This document shows, in pieces, positions 1 to 10,756 of a stretch of 64,000 bases of DNA; position 1 is the first letter of the stretch, and the number at the start of each line of letters is the position of its first letter. The notes beneath the pieces are model-generated. The model saw only the letters and a program-made list of their open reading frames with translations. It was not told the origin of the DNA and did not search any database. Source of the stretch: Monocercomonoides exilis PA203 (lineage: Eukaryota; Protista; Preaxostyla); the NCBI GenBank assembly GCA_001643675.2, contig LSRY02000023.1, positions 124,001 to 188,000 of the forward strand. The letters are read 5' to 3'. A program made the translations under genes and the position numbers.

Positions 1-438
1 GATTTGAAAATTGATTTCGAAGAGCCGTGGTACAAAGATCCACAATTTCAGGTTGGATTTGTCACCAAAAAATCACGAAAAATTCGTTTGAAGAATATGC
101 TAACGAAAGATGAACACGTACTCGAAGTATGCTGCGAAGAAACACTTGGACAAATACGTGCAAGATATCTTGCACGCAATGCACATGCACACAGTTATAC
201 TTGGAAACATCTTCGAAGAGTTTTAGACATGACAAAAACTCTGGATGGTTTGTAAATAGTTGTTTTAAAGATGCTTGTTGATAAAAAAATCTATTATGAA
301 TAATATTTTAATTGTGACATTGATATAGAAAATGGTATTCTTGATGAAGATGAGGAATATGCGCGACTTGGAATGGATAGAGATGATTTTATACCTACTC
401 TTCACTTGTACTTCAATGATGATCTTACAGAAGCATAA
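1..438 (+). CDS. CYB5D1: Cytochrome b5 domain-containing protein 1, 3' part (5'-truncated); intron 248-328
   Basis: Spliced translation PWYKDPQFQVG..TKKSRKIRLKNMLT..LEVCCEETL..I..RYL..NAHAHSYTWK..LDMTKTLD|ENGILDE..FIPTLHLYFNDDLTEA* matches the characteristic CYB5D1 C-terminus; a GT-AG intron restores the frame. Confidence 0.88.
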
Positions 439-523
439 AACAATTTAAATTAATTTGATTTTTTAGCCTTTTTTCTTTATGCATTTCGCTAGATTTTTTG
501 TTTAATCATCCCATTATTTAAAA

Positions 524-3500
524 ATGCCTTTTCACAAAAACTATGACTTTCTTTTGGAACTCCTAAAAGGACATGATTGGCAAAATGACTCGGACATCAT
601 TCAACAAAATTTATGTAATAAAATAAAAGATCATTTTTTAGCTAACGAAAGGCAGTTGACGAGAAATGAACAAGAGAAAGTTCATATTTCAGCAAAAATA
701 TTTCTAATTGAAATTGGAATTAATTTACCGTTTCAAAAAGTGCAACATTATGGCAATTTTTTATTTTATGCTGTTGAGCAAAATTTAATTTTGTTTAATC
801 ATTGCCTTGAAACTATTGAGGTTTGTTTTTATTATTTTCAACTATGATTGCTCATAAGCTTGTCATTATAACATATAATTAAAAAACATTTAAAAATGCA
901 TCAAATTCATTGCGTTCTAAAAGTTGGCTTGTTTTGTTAGGCATGATCCAACGAATGTATTTCGAATTTTTGAAGAACATTGTGATCAAATACGCCGTTT
1001 TGAATCTTCAGGTGCAGTTGCGCACAATCAAATAAGTCCATGCTTATTACGGACATGCACTTTGCTTGGAAATAGACTTGGTCCTCAAATCTATGGGCGA
1101 CTTTTGACCTTTCTTTCGTTCATTTTTCCAATGGAAGAAAGATCAGGTGTAAACATCACTGGAAGCTTTGACGAGCACAACGAAACATTTATTGATGATA
1201 AAGAAGAATCGTCTTATGGGAACTATGACGATTATACGAGTTTTTGGAAATTGCAGTCTGTATGTGCGAATCCAACATCCATATGGTCATTGAAAGACAA
1301 GCAGTCCCGAAATTTCGAGTATGAGCAAAGAGAACTAACGTCGAAGGCGCTGGAAGCTATCCGCAATTCGTTGGGGGTTATGGAGCAGTCAGAAGCGCAG
1401 GACGACTCATTAAGCCACAAAGTGACGCAGACACAGCAAAATCCAGAGGCCAAAAGAAAAGAACTGAGCGACAAGATAAAAGCAGGCATGCAAGCTGAAT
1501 CAACTGCACATTCAGAAGGAGAAGGGGAAGGAGAAGAAGATGATGGAAAAGGAGAAGGACACCAAATGGCAGAACAGATGGCTCATGGGGAAGAAAGCGG
1601 TACATTGCTACCTCCGCGAAAGAAGAGGACAAGAGGATCAAAGTCAACAGAAGAAGAAGAAAGAAAGAAAAAGAAAGAAAAAGGAGACAAAGAAGAAGAA
1701 GAAGAAGAAGAAAAAGATGATGATGATGACAAAGATGACAGCAATAATGAAGGAGATAATGAGAAGTCCCAATCGATGTCGCTTCCTCTCTTTGAAGGGA
1801 AGTGGTGGGAGCGTCTTGGCTTCCAGCCAGCTGTGACTCGTTTGTGTGCAGAGAAGCTTGTGGAAGCAGCAGAAGAGACAGCAAAAGAGGCAGAAAGCGA
1901 CTTTTTGAGCGAAGTGGCTGCGGCAGCGTCGACGAGGAAGAAGAAGAGGAGAGGAAAGAAGAATGCATGGAGAGAGGGGAGTGGAGAGGTGAAGGAGGGG
2001 GTGGAGAAGAAAGAGGGAGAAGGAGAAGGAAAAGAAGGAAAAGAAGGAGAAGGCAAAGAAGGAGAAGGAGAAAAGAAAGATGAAGTCAACAGCGATCAGA
2101 ACAAAAGCGAGGATAAAAGCGAAAACAAGACCATTTCATTTCCATTTGAGAAAGTGCTGGAATCGTCTTCGTATTCACAGCTCATCCAAATCCAGCAGAT
2201 TGCGTGCTCTCCTTTCTTCTCCACGCTCCTCTCATCCACTTCGCCATCCGCTTCACTTTCTGTCAATTCACTACAAACATCATCATCATCATCATCATCA
2301 TCATCGTCATCTTCTTCTTCTTTATCTTCTCCTTCTGTTTCCTCTTCCTTCTCTTCTTCTCCTGTGTCTGTTGTGTCTCTCATGACTCAACCATCACACG
2401 TCCGCTCAACACCAAAGTTTTTGACATCCACTTCTTTGTTTGAACAGGAGGTTTGACACGTCTCTTTATTGTTTCATATTCAAAATTTTATAATCTTTCT
2501 TTCTCTTTCTTTTTCTTTCTCTCTTTCTCTTTCTCTTTCCCTTTCTCTTTCTCTTTCTCTTTCTCTTTCTCTTTCTCTTTCTCTTTCTCTTTCTCTTTCA
2601 ATCGTTTTTGTATTATATTATATTGTTCCCCCCCCCCCCTCCTCCTCTTCTTCTCTCCTTCTTCTCTCCATCTCCTCCTCATCCAGCTGAAAGATGCCTA
2701 CATCCGTGCTGTGGTGGGTGTCGAAATTGCCATCCTCCTCCATTTCTTGTTGGATAAGCCAGCACATCCACGCACTGCCCCTTCCAGTTGGGAGCAGACA
2801 TTCCCTTTCGACGCTCGTGAGAAACGCAACATGACTTCTTTGCTTGAATGCGCCTTCAAAACAGCAGCATCTGTGCCCATCTCTTCTCTGTCATTCGCTC
2901 GTTCTGCTTCTTCTTCTGCTTCTGCTTCTCCTTCTCTTTCTCTTTCTCCTTCTCCATCACCATCATCTCCATCATCATCATCATCTTCTCCCCTCTCTTC
3001 TTCTTCCTCATCTCCCTCTCCCTCTTCCTCACTCACCCGCACTTCACCCTTCTCTTCCTACCCTCTTCTTCCTCCTCTTCTCAAGCGCCTCGTCTTCGAA
3101 AGAGAAAACCTGTGGTTCCGCTGGAAGATGGAGAAATGCAAAGCAATGAAGCTTTCCTTACAGCAGCTGGCACAACACAACATCAGCGCCTTTTCTGCTA
3201 TTCTTCGGTCGCCTTTGTCTTTTCCTCTGTTTCCGTCTCGTTTGGCTGAGCTGTCTGTCCCCACACCTCCTGCCTTCGATGCTGACTTGTCTGTCACGAC
3301 TTCATTTGACATGTCATCTTCATCATCTTCTTCTCTTTCTCTTTCTCATCCTCCACTCCACAGGAAGAAGCAGACGATGCCCTGCCGCTTCCGCTTTGCT
3401 TCATCTAAGACTGTTCTGCAAAGAATGAGTGATCTGATGGAAGTGACAGAAAGTTCCTATGAAAGAGAAGAAGACGAGAAGAAGAAGCTGTTTGAGGAAG

Positions 3501-4138
3501 AAGAAGGAGAAGAAGACGAGTTCATTGCAAAGGCGCTGGCTGAGCAGAGCAATGCGAAGGAAGGAGAGAAGGAAGGAGAGAAAATTGGGGAGAGGAGAAG
3601 AGGAAGAGAACAAAATGAGAATAAAAGCAATGCAACAAGAAAGGGGGCAATAAGTGGAATGGACGAGAAAGAAAGGGAGGAAGGAGAAGAAGAAGGAGAG
3701 GAAGAAGGGGAGAAAGAAAAAGAGGAAGGAGAAGAAGGAGAAGGAGAAGGAGAAGAAGATGATCCGATGAAGAGGTTTGCGAAGATGCAGCAGGCGATGC
3801 TGGCGACGAAGCTGCAGATGCCACAGAACAAGATGAGGCTTTGGAAGGACACACGATATGCCCTGCTGAGGATGGGCGAGGTGAGTCTGAGGGGAGCAGA
3901 GCAGCAGACTGGAAGAGATTATGACTTTGCTGACTTGGTCATGCGGTGGAAGGGGAAGGGCTCTACAAATGACAGAATCCGCTCGGCTGTTAAGAGGATT
4001 ATGAGGAAAATGCCAGAACCTGAACAAGATTTAAATCAAATGCAAATTGAAGAAGAAAAACCTGAAATTCTATCTCCGGATTCAACCAACGATAAAACGC
4101 TGGTAAAAATGGATTCCGAAGATAACACTTCATCTTGA
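524..4138 (+). CDS. THOC1: THO complex subunit 1 (Hpr1/THOC1-like) with long low-complexity inserts; introns 821-923 and 2451-2686
   Basis: Motifs LLRTC..L..RL..GRLLTFLSFIFPMEERSGVNITGSF, Y.SFWKLQ...NP, PKFLTS..LFEQE|LKD..IR and RENLWFRWK..C parallel THOC1; two phase-0 GT-AG introns join ORFs 524, 924 and 2453. Confidence 0.8.
2500..2598. repeat. (TTTCTC)n hexanucleotide microsatellite in THOC1 intron 2
   Basis: Directly visible tandem TCTCTT units. Confidence 0.9.
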
Positions 4139-4186
4139 TGTTTTCAAAATTTTTGTTTTAATTTTTAAACCCATAACAATTTTATT

Positions 4187-5207
4187 ATGAGTAAATACGA
4201 TCGTGCTCTTACAGTTTTCTCTCCTGATGGACATTTATTCCAAGCGGAGTATGCAATGGAAGCTGTAAAAAAAGGTGCTGCATCTATTGGAGTTCGGGGT
4301 GCAAATTGTGTCATTCTCGCTTTGGAAAAGTTTGAAACAAAAAAACTACAAGATTCAAGAACCGTGAAGAAAGTTGGTGCGCTTGATAGCCACATTGCAC
4401 TTGCATACTCTGGATTGTCGGCAGATGCAAGAGTAATTTTAAACAAGGCATGAATTTGAATAGATGAAAAGTGTCAATTAAAACTGTTATTTGAAATGAG
4501 AAATGTAATTTGCGTAAATTGAGACTTTTATTTGTTACTAATTTTCAAACATTAAATATTTTTGTTTTTTGAAAATAATTGTTTGCTGATATTAGGCAAG
4601 AATTGAATGCCAAAATTTCCGTCTAAGAATGGATGCTCCATGTCCTGTTGATTATATTGCAAGATACATCGCTGGAATACAACAGGTTTTTCTTTTATTA
4701 TTAACAGCATGTATTTGTGTTCGTTATATTACATTCATATCTGTAGAAATATACTCAATCAGGAGGAGCAAGACCATTTGGAATATCAACTTTGATTGCT
4801 GGATTTGATCCAGACAAAACACCTCATTTGTTCGTAACAGATCCAACAGGAACATCTACAGAATGGCAAGTATGCTATTTTATTTTGTCAATGAAATTTT
4901 TATTTTTACAAATCAATAAACTTTTTTCAAGGCCACTGCAATTGGCAGAAGCGGTGATGTTGTAAGAGAGTATCTTGAAAACCACTTCCAACAGGATCTT
5001 TCCACAAATGATTCAATTGATTTGGCCATGAAAGCGCTGCTGGAGGTTGTCGATACAGGCTCAAAAAATTTAGAAATTTGCGTTATGGAATGCGGAAAGC
5101 CGATGAGAATCTTAGCTGATGCTGAAATCACTGCATGTATTGAAAGAGTAGAAGGAGAAAAGAAGAAGGAAGAAGAAGAAAAGAAAAAGAAGCTTATGAC
5201 TGCTTAA
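4187..5207 (+). CDS. PSMA7: 20S proteasome subunit alpha-4 (alpha type-7); introns 4448-4595 (GC-AG), 4686-4746, 4870-4931
   Basis: N-terminus [20 protein letters not shown]; spliced LNK|ARIECQ..QQ|[20 protein letters not shown].|ATAIGRS..VREYLE..KALLEVV..GSKNLEI. Confidence 0.95.
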
Positions 5208-5527
5208 AAGTTTAAAGATTTTTTTTTAAAAAAAAACAAATCACATTGCAACAATGCATTTTTCATATTTATCAATCATTTTTTTAAAACAACGCAATTC
5301 ATAAATACAAGAGAAAAAAAACCTCGAAAAGAAATGAATATATAAATTAGTAGAAAGTGAATTGAGACAATCCATTTATGGCTGTTTAAACCAATATTCT
5401 CTGAAGCAAAATAAGAATTTGCCAAGAAATGATCAATTTTTTCTTCAATAATTTCAACAAATAGCCTTTTCATTTGCCCCAAAGCTGCAAAAATTCTAAG
5501 TCTTTTTGAAAGATCAAAATGTTACAT

Positions 5528-6411
5528 TCAACCCATTCTTCTCCGCTTTTCACTTCCTGAATTGCCTTCTGTTCTGCCTCCATCGATACTATCTCCGCGA
5601 CGTTTAGTTGTAATAACTCCAATTAGTCCCATTGCCTCTGACATTTTCTTTTCAAATTCTGCATTCTCGTCATCTCCCCTGGGATTATCAAATCGAATAC
5701 TTTTAAGAATTAACATAAAAAAAAGAGCAGTATATTATGAAAAATGAAGCAAACTGCGAAAATGAGCAAGTTGGACCATCTGGGCAAAATCCAGCTAAAT
5801 ACAAAGGACACGCTTGCTTTCTTATATGCAAATTCTTGCACAATGGACCTGCGAATAGTTTGATAAATATTTGTTGAATACGCTTTTTTTTGGAAAAAAA
5901 TTCTTTAAATCATACCTCGTCGACAAAATCCACGCTTATACCAAGCACATTCTTTTTGCTTTTCTTCTGGTTTTATATGGCGGAATGGGCATCCCTCTTT
6001 TGTGCATTTTCCTAGAGGAACACAATTGTCATCAAAAAAAAAATATTGGAAAATAAAGCAAACCATCTCGAGCAAAAAACTTACATTCAGGCATAAGTGT
6101 TAAATCGTAAACATGAAGAAAATCGCATTGATTTCCCTTCATGCATAATCCTTTGAACCAGTGCTTGCAAACAACTTTTTTGCTTGAAGGAAGATGTTTA
6201 TATGGGCATTTATTTTCTCTAGGGCAATGACCCGCTAAATGCAAAGCGCAAACTTCCCCACGTCGAGATTTTCCATCTAAATAAGAAGAAAAAGAATAAT
6301 GAACTCGTTTGAAAAATTCTGAATAATTTGCGAACTATCGTCAAATAATGATCGCTTAATATCGTTTTCCACATCTGTTACTGGAAATAACGATTGCAAT
6401 GAAACTTCCAT
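5528..6411 (-). CDS. CPSF4: Cleavage and polyadenylation specificity factor 30 kDa (CPSF4/Yth1), five CCCH zinc fingers, multi-exon
   Basis: Exons encode VCALHLAGHC..CPYKH, VVCKHWFKGLCMKGNQCDFLHVYDLTLMPECKFF, CPFRHI..KECAWYKRGFC and CPLYLAGFCPDGPTCSFSH|IRF; ATG at 6411, TGA at 5528. Confidence 0.9.
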
Positions 6412-6633
6412 TTTACAGATTGAAACTTTAAACAGAAAAATATTTTAGCTTGATCGTTTTAACCATTTTTATAAAAACATCATTAACAGTTTTGTCGAAA
6501 GAAAACTAATTATTTTTCACAATGAAAACTTCTTATTGATTTTGCTTCTTCTTTGAAGTTGACAAATATAAAATGATGGTTCCTGATTTGATCTTATCCA
6601 TATTAAATTTAATCAAGCAGAAAGATTTTCTTT

Positions 6634-7996
6634 ATGTTACCTTCAGAAGTGTTAAACTTTGAAAAGCTCTGGGAGAAAATTGAAAATATTAAATTTAGTT
6701 CGTTGTGTGATATAGAATCCTTTGCACGAAAACTGAAAATATCTGTTCAAATTGCAGATAAAAATATTTTGCAAAGAGTATTTCAATATACTTCAATGGA
6801 CAATTTTTATAAACTGCTGATGGTTCATCAATTTGATGATTTGATTGCGCAACAGCTATTTTCTTCATTGAATGCACTTTTATTTGGTGCAAGATTTTGC
6901 GAAATGGAGATTTTTCAAATATTTCCAATGAATTTCGTTGGATTTTTATCAGATAAGTTCATGAAGGAAATTCAAAAGAAAGAAAGAAACTTTGGGCTTA
7001 TTCATCAAATTGCTTTGAGTATTTGTTTAATTCCCGAAGATTGGCAAGATAATTATCGAGCAATAACTTTTCAGATCTTTGAACAATTTCTCCAGGATTT
7101 ACAAAATGAAAATGCTTTAAAAGATGAGATGCGAATAGAAGAAATATTGTTTTCAATGCGTCATACTATTGGATGTTTGAATTTTTTAATTTTTGAAAGA
7201 TTATCTTTTTATGTTTTTCAAAATATATTGACATTTGTTACTGAAAGACTTTGGGTATACAAAATCGATGGATAAGCTTCGCAAGGTTTTATTGGGGCTT
7301 CTTCAAAGGCAATCTATCAATAAAATTTTGTCATATCCAAGTTTTATTTATCTTTTGCAAATTATGCTTACTGAAAAAATAGATTATATGTCGTTGAAAA
7401 AAATGAATTTGGTCAACATATTTATCCGAGATTACAGCAAATTTGAAGCAGAAGATGCTCCAGGGTTACTTAATTTACGCCGTGATTACGTAATAAACGA
7501 GACAAAAGAATTGATCTTTGAAATGAAGCATCTTCTCTTCAATCCAATAGATGTCGTGAAATCTCAAGAGCTTATAAAGATTTTAGCTGTTTTCACTAAA
7601 CGCCCAGCTTACTGTGCCTCTGTTTTGAGCCTTGTTTATGATGTTTTTGAGGAGATAATGAAGTTTTGCGAACCTTGTCATTTCGAGCTTTTGATAGAGA
7701 GCGGATTTCTTCGAATGCTGCTGAGTGGCTATTCTCAGTTTTGTGTACATTCAACTCAAAATGACCAAAATGCTGAGGAAATCGCAAGGGCATTGATTTT
7801 AAAGTTTGACCACCATTCATTGCTAAAATTGGGTGCGGGACGGTGCAGCAATATGAAAGAGGAAGTGGTCAGAATTATTGAAGAAGAGTGCTTTGAGGAA
7901 GCAATTGTCGCACTTAATGTTGATTCACCTACTTTGAAAGATGTAATTAATGTCAGAGATATTATAAATTCAAAGCATTTTGCGCAAATTGAATAA
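6634..7996 (+). CDS. Hypothetical helical protein; intron 7175-7247 joins the two ORFs
   Basis: A 73-bp GTTTG...AAG intron gives in-frame TIGY-FGYTKSMDK; no recognisable conserved domain. Confidence 0.65.
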
Positions 7997-9170
7997 ACCA
8001 TGAAAGTTTTCAAAGTTTTTGTTTCTTTACAACAAAGTTTATTTTTTTTCTTGACTTCTCGTATGTTTTTATGGAAGGTTGTTTGCGATTGTTTGCTTTG
8101 TGATTTCTTATTTTTATTTATTTATTTATTTATTTATTTATTTTATTTGCGATTCTTTTCTTTTTTTAAAAGAAATATTAGTTTTCATTTATTACACGCA
8201 GCATTGCGAAATACTTGTTATATTTTGTTTTTATAAAAACAATTAAAATGAAATTGTTCTTTTTTTGTTCGGATGTCTTCAAATGTGATATGACACTTCG
8301 TTGTGAAATTATTGCTTTATTTTATTAATACTGCAAGAGGCTTTTTTAGGAATATGACATGTCAAACAATGATTTGTGATTGAAATTCTTTTGTTTGTTT
8401 GATTATTATTGATTCGAGCTGAGGAAACAATGACTTTAGAAAACGTTCAGTTTTTTCATCAAACAAGTCTATGAAGAATAATTGTGAATTGCGTTTTTGT
8501 TGAAATTTTGAAGTGTTTTGTTTATAATTGGACAAGAACTTGATTGCATTTATATTTGTTTAATTGGTTTCTTTGTTTTCTTCATTTGTTTTGTTTGATA
8601 TTATCGCTCAAAGTCTTTAGGAGATCAAACAAAGAATGCAATGGTGTTCGTTTGTCTTTAATCAAAAAAATGGAGAAAAGAATTATAAATTAGGGAAAAT
8701 TAAATTGCCAAACCAAAAGCTTTCTTTTCATAATAGTAGTATTTTTCAAATTTTATGATTCACCAAACAAAACGTAGTAGTGTTATTGACTGATTTTGTG
8801 GAATGTTTAAAATTTTTATTTTTAAGTTATTAGCCGCCCAACTGTTATTTTTCATATTCGTATTTATTAGCGTTTCAGAGCAAATAAAAAGCAAGGAAAA
8901 AAGATTAATTCATTTCACTCCTTCAAAACAAAACATCTATGTAACTCAAAAGCAAAATGATATCAACCATTTTAATAATCCAAACCAGACAAATGAAATG
9001 TTAAAAAGGTGTAAAAATTAATGTGAATAATATTTCTAAAAAATTGAAGAGAAAATATATAAAATCTCAAAAACAACATTATACAATAAAATAAAATAAA
9101 AATACAATCAAACTGTTCAAATCAAAAACATTACATCTGGAAATATAAACTTGAATCTCTCTAACATTTA

Positions 9171-10415
9171 CTAATAATGATATTCGTCTCCTTTCAGAGT
9201 TGTTCTTGGTTCAACTTCCACAGCTACTGAAGCGCTGTAAGCTTGATTGGTGAACTCGACATTTCCTGTTCCACCTGCACCAACTGACATGGCTTGCTTC
9301 ATTTGAAGCTTTTCCATTTCAATTGCAGCCTCGCGACTTAATTTTTCGTTTTCCTCTTTTTTCTTTCTTGCTTCCTCCTCTTTGTCAATCTTCTCTTCTT
9401 CTTTTCTTTCTGACCTTGTCATAACCCATCTCCACTCCTTTTTTCTTCTCCAATCTTTGTCTCGTCGTTCAACACAAGGCCGCATGCTTCCCTTCAAATC
9501 ACTCCAAAAGTCTTCTGCTGACAAATCTCTCTCCGCTCCCAATGATCTAAATCCGGTAGCACAGCATGAACAACACAGCATTACGATAGTTATAATCATC
9601 ACAATTGCACCAAGAACAATCATTATTGTTGCAGGAGCTACTGGTATTTCTGCTCCGAGCGTCAATGATCCCCCAAGGATTAAACCATACCCGATCATAA
9701 TTGCAAATGAAACATACAACGAAAATGTAGTTTCGTTAATACAACACTTTTTGTTGCAAGCAACTCTTTTCTTCTCTTTTGCCCAAACTCGTTTGAATTC
9801 AGTTATGACTGTCTTTTGATCTTCCTCAAGGCATTTGTCACTTAAAAAAGTGTTATTTTCTATTGATTTTCTCGCAACCTCTCGTTGAACGTCTGTAGAA
9901 CGTAAAAATGGTGTTTTTTCGGACTCTGGATTTTTTACTGCAGGCGTCCCTTTCATTAGCTGAAAAAAGTCTTTCCGAGACGGAATACCAACTTCGTCCA
10001 TAATTGGGGCAATAAAGCTTAACTCCCATTTATTCTTTGGAGCAGAAGCTCCTGAATTGGTGGGAGGATCACAACTGACTTCATCTACAACTGAAACTGA
10101 ATTGTTAACTTCCTCGAAAGCGGCTGGTGCAGCAGGATATGCATTAACGTTGTCAGAAGTGGGCAAACTCGGCAATGGAACAACATTTGTTGACATGGTC
10201 TGAATTTGAGACACTGCTCTCCAAAAATCTGCCTTTTCTAAAACGCTAAGAGATTCTGAAAATCTTTCCAGTTCAGTTGGCATTGGTAAATTTGGTGCGC
10301 TGCTCGAAAATAAACTCAAGCACTTTGTCTTTTGTCCCTCCGATAATTTTGTTGCAAATTCTCTAATTTGAGGTGGAACATTCACATTACCAATTCCATA
10401 CTCATCTTTTTCCAT
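9171..10415 (-). CDS. Hypothetical 414-aa membrane protein with a two-helix TM hairpin and C-terminal coiled coil
   Basis: Single long ORF; hydrophobic segments FSLYVSFAIMIGYGLILGGSL and ATIMIVLGAIVMIITIVML flanked by Cys clusters. Confidence 0.8.
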   Translation of the reverse strand: MEKDEYGIGNVNVPPQIREFATKLSEGQKTKCLSLFSSSAPNLPMPTELERFSESLSVLEKADFWRAVSQIQTMSTNVVPLPSLPTSDNVNAYPAAPAAFEEVNNSVSVVDEVSCDPPTNSGASAPKNKWELSFIAPIMDEVGIPSRKDFFQLMKGTPAVKNPESEKTPFLRSTDVQREVARKSIENNTFLSDKCLEEDQKTVITEFKRVWAKEKKRVACNKKCCINETTFSLYVSFAIMIGYGLILGGSLTLGAEIPVAPATIMIVLGAIVMIITIVMLCCSCCATGFRSLGAERDLSAEDFWSDLKGSMRPCVERRDKDWRRKKEWRWVMTRSERKEEEKIDKEEEARKKKEENEKLSREAAIEMEKLQMKQAMSVGAGGTGNVEFTNQAYSASVAVEVEPRTTLKGDEYHY

Positions 10416-10756
10416 GGTTAAAGTTATCTATAATAAATTATAAATAATTCTTTGATCAAGACTTCTATTTATTTTTCTGTTCAGAATTGTTTGCTTTCAA
10501 AAATTAAGTATCACTCAACTATTTTCTATCAACTTCGTTTTCCAAAAAATTAAAAAATTAACAAAAACGAATTGTTTTTCTCATATTGAAGAAAGATTAA
10601 CCACGATATGAAAATAAAAAAAGGAAACAAATACAAACAAATAGAGTTTTGTTCTGGAAAGCAAGAATATAGAACAGATTAAAATTCTTTTTTTATTGAA
10701 TCCATTATTTAAATTTTGTTTTCTATTAAACTGTTTGAAATCTACAAACAAGGTTA

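Noticed and set aside
7235-7275. Apparent frameshift or overlap between ORFs 6634-7275 and 7235-7996
   Set aside because: Explained by the 73-bp GT-AG intron at 7175-7247
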